Assembly: GCA_965248495.1 (NCBI GenBank)
Contig: CBDFJL010000003.1
Span: forward strand, 476,852-540,851
DNA from: Dehalococcoidia bacterium
Lineage (GTDB): Bacteria; Chloroflexota; Dehalococcoidia; Lucifugimonadales; Australimonadaceae
Reading direction: 5' to 3'
DNA length: 64,000 nucleotides
Shown: piece after piece, positions 42,635-51,614 of the stretch
Position numbering within the stretch: the first letter of the stretch is position 1
How the letters are laid out: each line of letters opens with the position of its first letter
Notes under the pieces: generated by a model
Databases searched by the model: none
The model's input: the letters and a program-made list of their open reading frames with translations, nothing else
Told to the model about the DNA's origin: nothing
Program-made: the position numbers and the translations under genes

Positions 42635-43970
42635 GGCGCGGGCGCTTTTGGCGGGGGCGGAGATGGAGCCCGTCGTTCCACCGTGCCCCATCTGTGGCGG
42701 GCGCGGCTGGCTGCGGCGCGACGTTCCGCTGGGCGACTCCGAGTTCGGCCGGGCACAGCCCTGCACGTGCCAGCTCGACATGAGCGACGAGCAGCGCTCC
42801 GCACGGTTGCGCCGCTACTCCAACATGGGCGTGCTGGCCCAGGTCACCTTTACCGTGACGGAGCCCGATGGCCGCAGCACGACCGCCGAGGCCCGGGCCA
42901 TGTTCCACGCGTCGCTGGAGGCCGCCCGCGCATACGCCGAGGACCCGCAGGGCTGGCTCGTGCTGACCGGCGCGAGTGGGTCGGGGAAGACGCACCTCGC
43001 CGCGGCCATCGCCAACCGGTGCATGGAGCGGGGTCAGCCCATCTTCTTCGCCTTCGTCCCCGACCTGCTGGACCACCTTCGGGCGTCCTTCAACCCCGAG
43101 CACGAACTCTCCTACGACGAGCTCTTCGAGCAGGTCAAGTCCATCCCCATGCTGGTGCTGGATGACCTGGGCAGCCAAAGCGCGACGCCGTGGGCAAACG
43201 AGAAGCTCTTCCAAGTCCTGAACCACCGCTACGTCAGCGGCCTGCCGACCGTCGTCACCACGAACACTCCTTCCGAAAAGATGGATGAGCGCTCTCGCAG
43301 CCGCATCGAGGACGCGCGTACGTCTCGTATCCTAGACCTGGGTGTCGAGCGGGCTCGCGCTACCTCAGGCGTGGGTACGTTGGAGCCGGCGATGCGCCAG
43401 TCCATGACCTTCGAGAGCTTCCAGCCCGCAGGCCGCGGCGCCGACCGTGATGCGCGGGAGACCCTGGCCGGCTCACTCCAAATGGCGAGGGCCTACGCGG
43501 CCGACCCTGATGGCTGGCTGGTGCTGCTGGGCAACTCCGGCACCGGCAAGACCCACCTCGCCGTGGCCATCGCCAACCAGTGCATCGAGCGCGGTGACGA
43601 GGTGTTCTTCGCTTTCGTGCCGGACCTGCTCGACCATCTGCGCTACACGTTCAGTCCGGAGAGCCGCGTCACCTACGACGAGCTCTTCGAGCGGGTCAAG
43701 CGGGCACCCGTCTTGATCCTCGATGACCTGGGCTCCGAGACGACGACTCCATGGGCCTACGAAAAGCTGTACCAGATCATCGTCCAGCGCCACAACGCGC
43801 GTCGCCCGACCATCATCACCACGCGCAAGCTCCCTTCGGCGGCCGGCGACCCCATCGCATCGCGTCTGAACGACCCGCGCGTGGTGATGGTGATGCCCAT
43901 CGAGGCGCCGGACTTCCGGCAGGGCGGGGCCTCGGCCGGCAGCACGCCGAGCGAGCGGGGACGGCGCTAG
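42570..43970 (+). CDS. helicase-loader-like protein with N-terminal Cys motif and two tandem DnaC/IstB-type AAA+ modules
   Basis: CPICGGRGW...CTC is followed by GWLVLTGASGSGKTHLAAAIAN...MLVLDDLGSQ...VVTTN, and then again by GWLVLLGNSGTGKTHLAVAIAN...VLILDDLGSE...IITTR. The start could instead be ATG 42663; ATG 42570 overlaps the upstream gene by 65 nt. Confidence 0.8.
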   Translation: MESLGDILKRLQQQSIGAVPAEARALLAGAEMEPVVPPCPICGGRGWLRRDVPLGDSEFGRAQPCTCQLDMSDEQRSARLRRYSNMGVLAQVTFTVTEPDGRSTTAEARAMFHASLEAARAYAEDPQGWLVLTGASGSGKTHLAAAIANRCMERGQPIFFAFVPDLLDHLRASFNPEHELSYDELFEQVKSIPMLVLDDLGSQSATPWANEKLFQVLNHRYVSGLPTVVTTNTPSEKMDERSRSRIEDARTSRILDLGVERARATSGVGTLEPAMRQSMTFESFQPAGRGADRDARETLAGSLQMARAYAADPDGWLVLLGNSGTGKTHLAVAIANQCIERGDEVFFAFVPDLLDHLRYTFSPESRVTYDELFERVKRAPVLILDDLGSETTTPWAYEKLYQIIVQRHNARRPTIITTRKLPSAAGDPIASRLNDPRVVMVMPIEAPDFRQGGASAGSTPSERGRR

Positions 43971-43972
43971 GG

Positions 43973-44389
43973 ATGGCCGAGGGGGCCGAGGGGGCCGCGA
44001 TGGCCGACGACGCGGCCTGCGAGTTCTGCGGCATCGTGGCGAAGAGCGCTGTGGCGCACGTCCGCTACGAGGATGACGAGCTCATCGTCTTTCGCAATCG
44101 CCTGCGCTGGGTGCCGGTCATGCTCCTGGTCGCACCGAAGACGCACATGAGCCAGTGCGAGTTTTGGGTCTCGCCGCTCTTCGGCCGAGCCGCCGCGCTC
44201 GCGGTGCGCATCGGCGAGGAGGACGCGCCGAGCGGGTTCCGGCTCGTCTCCAACTTCGGCGAGGACGCACTCCAGACCCAGCCCCACGGCCACCTACACA
44301 TCGTCGGGGGCGAGCGGCTCGGCCTGTACCTCGACTTCGAAGGCAAGGGCGACTTCTGGCAGAAGATCTACGGCGGAGCGGGCCAGTGA
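43973..44389 (+). CDS. HIT family protein
   Basis: CEFCGIV...VFRNRL...LLVAPKTH...QTQPHGHLHIVGG contains the histidine triad HxHxHxx. The alternative start is ATG 44000. Confidence 0.8.
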   Translation: MAEGAEGAAMADDAACEFCGIVAKSAVAHVRYEDDELIVFRNRLRWVPVMLLVAPKTHMSQCEFWVSPLFGRAAALAVRIGEEDAPSGFRLVSNFGEDALQTQPHGHLHIVGGERLGLYLDFEGKGDFWQKIYGGAGQ

Positions 44390-44772
44390 CCGAGGCGCTC
44401 ATCGCGGGCCTGGGCGGCTTTGTTGGCTCCGCGAGCCGCTACGCGCTGTCGGCATGGGTGACGACGAGGCTTGCCAACGAGACGCTGTTCCCCTGGGGCA
44501 CACTCAGCGTCAACCTCATCGGCTCGCTCGCCATCGGCGCGCTGGTCGGCGGCATGGCGGAGTTGGGCGACCTGTCGGAACGCGTGCGCCTGCTCTTGAT
44601 CGTGGGCGTGCTCGGGGGCTTCACGACCTTCTCGGCCTTCAGCAACGAGACCTTCGCGCTGGCGCGTGGCGGCGAGGGGGCTATGGCCTTCGCCTACGTC
44701 GCCGCAACGCTCGCGCTGGGCATCGCCGCCGTGTGGGCAGGCTACGCGACGACTCGCGCCATCGCGAGCTAG
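44386..44772 (+). CDS. crcB: fluoride efflux channel CrcB/FluC
   Basis: GGFVGSASRY...FPWGTLSVNLIGSLAIG...VGVLGGFTTFSAFS matches CrcB. GTG 44386 overlaps the HIT stop (GTGA). Confidence 0.88.
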   Translation: MTEALIAGLGGFVGSASRYALSAWVTTRLANETLFPWGTLSVNLIGSLAIGALVGGMAELGDLSERVRLLLIVGVLGGFTTFSAFSNETFALARGGEGAMAFAYVAATLALGIAAVWAGYATTRAIAS

Positions 44773-44802
44773 GCTGACGCTCGGGCTGACCCAAACCGCC
44801 TA

Positions 44803-44895
44803 GCGGGGCGGGGGCGGGCACAATCTCCCAGAGGCCTCTGCCATTGGCCCTGTGTCCGCGACGCCGATCGTGGGAACGAGGTTGTTCCCGCCCGC
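44803..44895. repeat. repeat family C, inverted pair
   Basis: GCGGGGCGGGGGCGGGCACAATCTCCC (44803-44829) faces GTGGGAACGAGGTTGTTCCCGCCCGC (44870-44895), between crcB and DUF72. Confidence 0.75.
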
Positions 44896-44942
44896 CGTGC
44901 GTATCGTCAGCTCACGAGGGCAGCCAGGTGTAGCCTGTGCCC

Positions 44943-45671
44943 ATGACCGTCTACCGGATCGGCACCAGCGGCTGGTCTTACGAGGATTGGGGCGAGGGCG
45001 TCTTCTACCCCGATGGCCTGGCCTCGAACGAGCGGCTCGCCTACTACTCCGCGCGCTTCGACACCGTCGAGGTCAACAACACCTACTACCGCATCCCGCG
45101 GGAGAGCGTCGTGGAGGGTTGGGCGAAGGGCGTCCCGGACGGCTTCGCGCTCACCTTCAAGGCCAGCGGGACCATCACCCACCGCCATCGGCTGCGCGAC
45201 TGCGAAGAGGTGCTCGGCGTCTTCCTCGGGCGCGTGCGCCGTGCGGGAGCGGACAAGATTGGCTCGGTGCTGTACCAGCTGCCGGCCTACTTCAAGCGTG
45301 ACGACGAGGTACTCGAGGGCTTTCTCGCGCTGCTGCCCGACGATATCCCCGCCGCCTTCGAGTTCCGCTCCAAGTCCTGGTTCGACGACGTAGTGTTCGA
45401 TGCGCTCAAGCGTCACAACGTCGCGCTCTGTGTCCACGACTTCAAGGACCTCGAAGTGCCGGTAGCCACGACAGCCGACGTCGCCTACTTTCGCCTACAC
45501 GGCCCCGATGGCACGGAGGACGAGTACACGGCCGCACAGCTCGCGGCGTGGGCCGAGCGCATCGCCGGGGTAGCTGAGCAGGTGCGGACGACGTACGTCT
45601 ACTTCGACAACAACGTGGACGGCAACGCCGTCCGGAATGCGCTGGCCATCCGCGACATGCTGAGCGGCTAG
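44943..45671 (+). CDS. DUF72 domain-containing protein
   Basis: MTVYRIGTSGWSYEDW...FYP.....ERLAYYSARFDTVEVNNTYYRIP...FEFRSKSWF...VYFDN matches DUF72. GTG 44937 is an alternative start. Confidence 0.85.
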   Translation: MTVYRIGTSGWSYEDWGEGVFYPDGLASNERLAYYSARFDTVEVNNTYYRIPRESVVEGWAKGVPDGFALTFKASGTITHRHRLRDCEEVLGVFLGRVRRAGADKIGSVLYQLPAYFKRDDEVLEGFLALLPDDIPAAFEFRSKSWFDDVVFDALKRHNVALCVHDFKDLEVPVATTADVAYFRLHGPDGTEDEYTAAQLAAWAERIAGVAEQVRTTYVYFDNNVDGNAVRNALAIRDMLSG

Positions 45672-45674
45672 CAG

Positions 45675-45696
45675 AGCAGCGGTCGGTACCGCTGCT
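45675..45696. terminator. hairpin AGCAGCGGT-CGGT-ACCGCTGCT between convergent DUF72 and CBS genes
   Basis: A 9-bp perfect stem that exactly fills the 25-nt gap between the two stop codons. There is no U-tract. Confidence 0.35.
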
Positions 45697-46095
45697 TCAC
45701 GAGGCCGGGTTCCCGGCATACGCACCGTTGAGCGCAGCTTGGAGGACATCGCTGCGTGACACGACGCCCGCCAGTTTGCCGTCTGAGACAACGAGGACCC
45801 GGATGATTCGCTCGCGCTCCATGATCTCGATCACCTCGCCGAGGGGTGCGTTGGCTTCGACCGAGATGACTTCCCGCGTCATCAGCTCGTCCACGATCAT
45901 GACCTCCAGGTCCTTACCCGCGTGCAGCGCCCGGATAAGATCGAATTCGGTCACGATCCCGACCATGGCCCCTCCACGGTCAACGACGGGAAGTCCGCTG
46001 ATCTGGCCCACCGCCATCCGCATGCCAGCGTGACTGGCCAGTGACGAGGCTTCCGCGGTGATGACGTGGTTCCACATGAGGTCCCGAACTTTCAT
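45697..46095 (-). CDS. CBS domain pair protein
   Basis: MKVRDLMWNHVITAEAS...ISGLPVVDRGGAMVGIVTEFDLIRAL...LMTREVISVEANAPLGEVIEIMERERIIRVLVVSDGKLAGVVSRSDVL shows two CBS repeats. Start at ATG 46095. Confidence 0.85.
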   Translation of the reverse strand: MKVRDLMWNHVITAEASSLASHAGMRMAVGQISGLPVVDRGGAMVGIVTEFDLIRALHAGKDLEVMIVDELMTREVISVEANAPLGEVIEIMERERIIRVLVVSDGKLAGVVSRSDVLQAALNGAYAGNPAS

Positions 46096-46242
46096 GGCCA
46101 ATGCCTCTCTCGCGCCCAACTGAGTGATGGCCCACTTTGCAACAGAGCCTCCTTGTAGTCTGGGAGCTTCAGGTCGGCACGCCATGGGCGCTAACCCTCA
46201 ATTCGTGCTTTGCCTAGCAGGTAGACCGCCGGAGCGCCGGCG

Positions 46243-46368
46243 ACGTGGGCCGAGTGCGTCGCCGGGGTAGCCGGTCGGGTGCAGACGGCGTACGTCTACT
46301 TCGACAACGACGTGGACGGCAACGCCGTGCGGAACGCCACGGTCATCCGCGACATGCTGAGCGGCTAG
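46243..46368 (+). pseudogene. 3'-terminal relic of a second DUF72 gene
   Basis: In-frame translation gives TWAECVAGVAGRVQTAYVYFDNDVDGNAVRNATVIRDMLSG*, compared with AAWAERIAGVAEQVRTTYVYFDNNVDGNAVRNALAIRDMLSG* for the intact gene at 45546-45671. Both use the same TAG stop. No upstream DUF72 sequence is present. Confidence 0.65.
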
Positions 46369-46437
46369 CGCACGACAGCAGCGCTCGCTACACTTGGTCG
46401 TCTCGCGGACCCGATCTCGGGGCGGGACGACACCACC

Positions 46438-48918
46438 ATGGCCACGGCACGCAAAACGTCGCTCCGCTACGACGCTCCGGCGCTCGAGCGCAAGTGGCAG
46501 CAGCGATGGGAGGCGGACGGGCTCTACCGCACGCCGGACGACGACCCGCGCCCCAAGTGGTACGCGCTGACCATGTTCCCGTATCCGTCGGGCGACCTGC
46601 ACATAGGCCACTGGTTCATGTACTCGTCGCCGGACGCGTACGCGCGGTTCATGCGCATGCGCGGCTACAACGTCCTCTTCCCGATGGGCTTCGACGCCTT
46701 CGGGCTGCCGGCCGAGAACGCGGCGATACGGAACCAGGTGCCGCCTGATGAGTGGACGTACGCCAACATCGAGCGCATGCGCCAGCAGTTCCGGTCGATG
46801 GGCACGGTCATCGACTGGGAGCGCGAGGTCATCACCTGCGACCCCGAGTACTACCGCTGGAACCAGTGGCTCTTCCTGAAGCTGTACGAGAGGGGCCTGG
46901 CCTACCGGGCCGAAGCCCCAGTCAATTGGTGTCCCGGCTGCCAAACTGTTCTGGCCAACGAGCAGGTCGTCGACGGCCGCTGCGAGCGCTCCGGCGACCT
47001 GGTGATCCACCGTGAGATGGAGCAGTGGTTCTTCAAGATCACCGACTACGCCGACGAGCTCCTGGACTTCTCTCGCCTGGTCGACTGGCCCGAGCCCATC
47101 AAGCTGATGCAGAGCAACTGGATCGGCCGCAGCGAAGGCGTCGAGGTGTCGTTCGACGTCTCGGAGTATGGGCTCGAAACGACGGAGATAGCGACCTTCA
47201 CCACGCGCATCGACACGGTGTTCGGCGTGACGTTCCTGGCGCTGGCGCCGGAGCACCCGCTCGTACACCAGCTTGTGACGGCTGAGCACCACGCCGCGGT
47301 CGATGCCTACGTCGCGAGCACCCGCGCCGAGACCGAGATCGAGCGCCTATCGACCGAGCGCGAGAAGACCGGTGTCTTCACCGGCGCCTACGCGACCAAC
47401 CGCCTCAACGGCGAGCGCGTGCCCATCCTGGCGGCCGACTACGTGCTGCTGTCCTACGGCACCGGCGCGGTGATGGGCGTGCCCGCGCATGACGGGCGCG
47501 ACTTCGAGTTCGCCAAGAAGTACGGCCTCGACATCCGCGTCGTAGTCGCGCCTAACGATTGGTCCGCCGGCGACGAGCTCACCGAGGCCTACGTCGACAA
47601 GTCCGTCGGCACGCAGGTCAGCTCCGGCGAGTTCAGCGGCATGCCAATCGCTCAGGGCTACGAGGCCATCGCCGACAAGATCGAACGTGAGGGCTGGGGG
47701 CGCCGCGCCGTCTCCTACCGCATGCGCGACTGGCTCATATCCCGCCAACGCTACTGGGGCACGCCCATCCCCATCGTCTACTGCGAGCGCTGCGGCACGG
47801 TGCCGGTGCCCGAAGACCAGCTGCCCGTGCTGCTGCCCAAGGGTGTCGAGTTCCGGCCCACCGGTGAGTCGCCGCTGACCTACCACGACGCCTTCGTCCA
47901 CACCACCTGTCCGGCCTGCGGCGGGCCCGCGCGCCGCGAACCCGACACCATGGACACCTTCATGGACTCGTCGTGGTACTTCCTGCGGTACCTCAGCCCG
48001 CACTTCGACGGAGGGCCGGTTGAGCCCGGCAAGGCTGAGGCCTGGCTCCCAGTCGACCAGTACATGGGCGGCGCCGAGCACGCGGTCATGCACCTGCTGT
48101 ACGCGCGCTTCTTCACCAAGGCGATGCGCGACCTCGGCGTCGTCTCACTCGACGAGCCATTCCTGCGGCTGTTCAACCAGGGCATGATCCTGTCGGACCA
48201 CGCCAAGATGTCCAAGAGCCGCGGCAACGTCATCGCGCCCGACGACTATGTCCAGGCGATGGGCGCCGACGTCGTGCGCCTCTATCTGATGTTCCTCGGC
48301 CCTTGGGAGTCGGGGGGCGATTGGTCGGACGCGGGCATCAACGGCATCGCGCGCTGGACTGCGCGGCTTTGGGACCTGTGCCAGCGAGACAACGCGGCGC
48401 TGCCCGCGGCGGACGGCGAGGCCGACCGCGACATCGTCCGCAAGGTGCATCAGACGGTACGCCGGTTGATCACCGACCTCGAGCGCTTCAAGCTGAACAC
48501 CGGCATCTCGGCGCTGATGGAGCTAAGCAACGAGCTTGCTCCCGCGCACGAGGCCGGGCGCATCTCGCGGCCCGTCTGGGACGAGGCCGTCGCCACGCTG
48601 CTGGTGCTGCTCGCGCCAATGGCGCCCCACCTCGCCGAGGAGCTGTGGGAGCGCACGGGCCACGCGTACAGCATCCATCAGCAGCAGACGCCCGAGTGGG
48701 ACGATGCGCTTGCCGCCGTCGCGGAGGCGACGCTCGTGGTGCAGGTCAACGGCAAGGTGCGGGACCGCATCGACGTGCCGGCCGGCATCGCCGAGGACGC
48801 CGCCAAGGCGCTGGCGCTGGCGAGCGAGCGGGTGCGCGCCCACGTCGGCGGCAAGGCCATCGACCGCGTCGTCTACGTCCCCGGTCGCTACTTGGTCAGC
48901 GTCGTCGTAAGGGGCTAG
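46438..48918 (+). CDS. leuS: leucine--tRNA ligase
   Basis: YALTMFPYPSGDLHIGHW (HIGH motif)...KMSKSRGN (KMSKS motif), 826 aa. Confidence 0.96.
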   Translation: MATARKTSLRYDAPALERKWQQRWEADGLYRTPDDDPRPKWYALTMFPYPSGDLHIGHWFMYSSPDAYARFMRMRGYNVLFPMGFDAFGLPAENAAIRNQVPPDEWTYANIERMRQQFRSMGTVIDWEREVITCDPEYYRWNQWLFLKLYERGLAYRAEAPVNWCPGCQTVLANEQVVDGRCERSGDLVIHREMEQWFFKITDYADELLDFSRLVDWPEPIKLMQSNWIGRSEGVEVSFDVSEYGLETTEIATFTTRIDTVFGVTFLALAPEHPLVHQLVTAEHHAAVDAYVASTRAETEIERLSTEREKTGVFTGAYATNRLNGERVPILAADYVLLSYGTGAVMGVPAHDGRDFEFAKKYGLDIRVVVAPNDWSAGDELTEAYVDKSVGTQVSSGEFSGMPIAQGYEAIADKIEREGWGRRAVSYRMRDWLISRQRYWGTPIPIVYCERCGTVPVPEDQLPVLLPKGVEFRPTGESPLTYHDAFVHTTCPACGGPARREPDTMDTFMDSSWYFLRYLSPHFDGGPVEPGKAEAWLPVDQYMGGAEHAVMHLLYARFFTKAMRDLGVVSLDEPFLRLFNQGMILSDHAKMSKSRGNVIAPDDYVQAMGADVVRLYLMFLGPWESGGDWSDAGINGIARWTARLWDLCQRDNAALPAADGEADRDIVRKVHQTVRRLITDLERFKLNTGISALMELSNELAPAHEAGRISRPVWDEAVATLLVLLAPMAPHLAEELWERTGHAYSIHQQQTPEWDDALAAVAEATLVVQVNGKVRDRIDVPAGIAEDAAKALALASERVRAHVGGKAIDRVVYVPGRYLVSVVVRG

Positions 48919-48921
48919 CGC

Positions 48922-51510
48922 CTAGGAGACGCTGAAGGTCGAGCCGGCCGCGGCCGTGCGCGACACTTCGATGCGTACCGGGAACGCCTCTTTGACCTCG
49001 TCCATGTGCGTGATGACGAGGATGCGCTGGAATCGGTCCTCGATGGCCTTGATGACGTCCACGATGCGGTCGCGCCCCTCAGCGTCCTGCGTGCCGAAGC
49101 CCTCGTCGATGAATAGCGTGGGCAGCCGCGCGCCCGCGCGCCAGGCAAGCAGCTTGCTCAGGGCGATGCGCAGCGCCAGGTCGATGCGGAAGCGCTCGCC
49201 GCCGGAGTACATCTCGTAGGCGCGCTTGCCGATCTCGTCGTTGATGGTGATCTCCAGCGTCTCGATCGGGTCGTCGTCCGAGCTCTTGGCCGTACGTCTG
49301 TCCCGTTGCGTGTGTACTTGAAGGGCCATACGGCCGTCCGTCATGCGCGAGAGTAGGCCGTTGGCCTCATCCTCCAGGCGTGGAATCGCGGCCTCGATCA
49401 ACAGCGCCTGCACGCCACCTCGGCCAAATGCCAAGCCCAGCTCGCTGTGCGCGGCAACCTCTTCGACGAGGCCCGTGCGCGCCGCCTGGCGCTCCTTGAG
49501 CTCCGCCTCCGCGCCGCCGATCTGGTCCAGACGGCTGGCCAAGGCGCCTCGGCGGCCGACCAGCTCCTCGCGGGCACGGGCCGACTCTCGCTGGCGCTCC
49601 TCGGCCGTTCGCTGGCGCTCGCGGAGCGTATCCATCCCTGCCATCTCGTCCGTCATGCGCGCACGCTGCTCATCGAGGCGCGCCGCCTCATCGGCGGCCT
49701 CCGCCACGCGGGCTCGCGCGCCGGCGAGCGCGGCCTCGTCATCGGTCAGCCGGCCCTGCGCCTCCGACAAGCGGCGGTGCTCGTCGTCCCAGCGCTCCAG
49801 CTCCCTGGTCTGCCGCTGAAGGCCCTCGAGCGCGTGCGTATCGAAAGCGGCGGCCGCGATCTGCTGGCGCAGCGCTCCGGCCCTCGTCTGCGCTTCCTGG
49901 GCGAACTCGCCACGCTCCAGCAGGCTCTTGCTCTCGGCCAGCACCGTACGCGTCTCGTCTAGCTGCGCCTTGGTTTGGATGGCCTCGTCACGCTGAACGG
50001 TGAGCCGCGCGCGCTCCTCATCCAGCGCCCTGCGGGAGCCATCGAGCGCGGCCTGGCGGCCTGCCAGCTGCAATCCGAGGCCCTTCGCTTCCGCGTCGAG
50101 CTCCAGTACCCTCGCGGCCTGCTGCTGATAGCGGGAGCGCTGTTCGTCGATCTGGGCTTCGTATGCCGCCTCCAGCCGCTCCCGCCCCTCCTCGCCGAGT
50201 CCAGTGCCGCAGAGCGGGCAGGCGACACCGTCCCCGTGGTCGTGGACGAGCAGCTCCAGCTTGCCCCGCGTGTCCTTGTCGGCAGCCTCCAAGACGGCGT
50301 TGTCGGCATCAACGCGGCGCGCCTCGATGGCCAAGCCCTGCTGGCGCTCGACATCGGCGGAGAGCTGGGCCGCGCCCGCCTCCAGCGTCGCGTGTTCATC
50401 GACGATGGCCGCCAGGCGTGCTTCGACGCCCGGCAGGGCCTCGGCGCGGGGCAGGATCTCCTGCTGAAGCCGGCGCTCCTGGGTGGCAACCTCGGTTTCG
50501 AGCTGGGCGCGGGCCGCGGTGATCTGCTGTGTGAGGGGCGAAAGCTCGCGCTCGAGCGCATGTACGCGTTGCGCAGCGGCGTTCAGCTCCGTCAAGCGCG
50601 TGCGCGTCTGCTGGAGCAGCCCGTAACCCGCCTCGATCTCGGCGGCGCGCTCCAGGGCTTGACGCCAATCGCCGACACGACGCTCGAGCCCCTGCGCCTC
50701 CTGCTCGGCCTGCTGGCGCCGGGCCACGACACGCTGGGCCTGCCCGCCAAGCTCGGCGATCTCCTGTTGGCGCCGCTCTAGGTGGGCTACCTGTTGCCGG
50801 ACCAGGTCCAGCTCCTGCTCGACCGCCGTCCCGGACTCTTCGGCCCGAGCCAGCTCGGTGTCCGCCTCGGTCAGCAGCGCTTCGACGTCAACGCGGTCGC
50901 CGACCTGCGCCTCAAGCCGGCGCACGTTATCGTCGCTGAGGTTCAGCCGGCCCTGCGCCTCCCGGGCGTACGCTTTGGCGCGCTCCGAGAGCCGGTCGTA
51001 CAGGCCGAGGCCCAGCACGCTGGCCAGCACGTTCTTGCGGGCCGCTGGGGTCGACATCGTGAACAGGTCTGCCCGGCCTTGGAGCAGGTACGCGCTGTTG
51101 ACGAACGTCTCGTAGTCCATGTTGACGAGGCGCTCGATGGCAGCCTCGGTCTGCCGCACCGTGTCGCCGGTCAGCGGCCGCCAGCCGCTCTGCGAGGCCA
51201 ATGCCAGCTCCAGCGACGACTGGCCGGCTCGGCGGGCCTTGGAGTAACGGCGGACGACGCGGTAGCGTTGTCCTTCCTCCTCGAACTCGAGCTCGACCGT
51301 CATGTCCTGCTGACCCTCGTGGACCAGCTGTTCATGCGTCCGACCCCTGGCCCGGCCCCACAACGCCCAGGTGATCGCGTCCAGCAGCGCGGACTTGCCG
51401 TGCCCGTTGGCTCCGCAGAGGCACGCGACGTGGATGTCCTCCAGGTGCAGCGTGGGCACATCCTCGCGGTAGGAGAGGAAGTTCTTTACTCTGAGGGAGA
51501 GCGGCAGCAT
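48922..51510 (-). CDS. SbcC/Rad50-like SMC-type ATPase
   Basis: MLPLSLRVKNFLSYRE...LCGANGHGKSALLDAITWALWG (Walker A) is followed by long coiled-coil Q/E/R/A-rich arms with a central CPLCG zinc-hook-like motif. The C-terminus has SGGERFRIDLALRIALS (signature) and LFIDEGFGTQD (Walker B). Start at ATG 51510. Confidence 0.85.
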   Translation of the reverse strand: MLPLSLRVKNFLSYREDVPTLHLEDIHVACLCGANGHGKSALLDAITWALWGRARGRTHEQLVHEGQQDMTVELEFEEEGQRYRVVRRYSKARRAGQSSLELALASQSGWRPLTGDTVRQTEAAIERLVNMDYETFVNSAYLLQGRADLFTMSTPAARKNVLASVLGLGLYDRLSERAKAYAREAQGRLNLSDDNVRRLEAQVGDRVDVEALLTEADTELARAEESGTAVEQELDLVRQQVAHLERRQQEIAELGGQAQRVVARRQQAEQEAQGLERRVGDWRQALERAAEIEAGYGLLQQTRTRLTELNAAAQRVHALERELSPLTQQITAARAQLETEVATQERRLQQEILPRAEALPGVEARLAAIVDEHATLEAGAAQLSADVERQQGLAIEARRVDADNAVLEAADKDTRGKLELLVHDHGDGVACPLCGTGLGEEGRERLEAAYEAQIDEQRSRYQQQAARVLELDAEAKGLGLQLAGRQAALDGSRRALDEERARLTVQRDEAIQTKAQLDETRTVLAESKSLLERGEFAQEAQTRAGALRQQIAAAAFDTHALEGLQRQTRELERWDDEHRRLSEAQGRLTDDEAALAGARARVAEAADEAARLDEQRARMTDEMAGMDTLRERQRTAEERQRESARAREELVGRRGALASRLDQIGGAEAELKERQAARTGLVEEVAAHSELGLAFGRGGVQALLIEAAIPRLEDEANGLLSRMTDGRMALQVHTQRDRRTAKSSDDDPIETLEITINDEIGKRAYEMYSGGERFRIDLALRIALSKLLAWRAGARLPTLFIDEGFGTQDAEGRDRIVDVIKAIEDRFQRILVITHMDEVKEAFPVRIEVSRTAAAGSTFSVS

Positions 51511-51614
51511 GCGTCGTAGTATCCGGAGCGAAGGCCCCGCCTCACAAGCGGCGCGCGTCGCTCCTTGCGACCCTTTTCTGGCGAGTGCTAGCATCGATTG
51601 CGCAGCCATTCTCA

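Noticed and set aside
44300-44386. Fluoride riboswitch upstream of crcB
   Set aside because: The crcB start overlaps the stop of the HIT gene, so there is no leader in which a riboswitch could sit.
51511-51584. sbcD/mre11 partner of the SbcC-like gene
   Set aside because: There is no room upstream (74 nt, then etfB on the other strand). Downstream is the convergent leuS.
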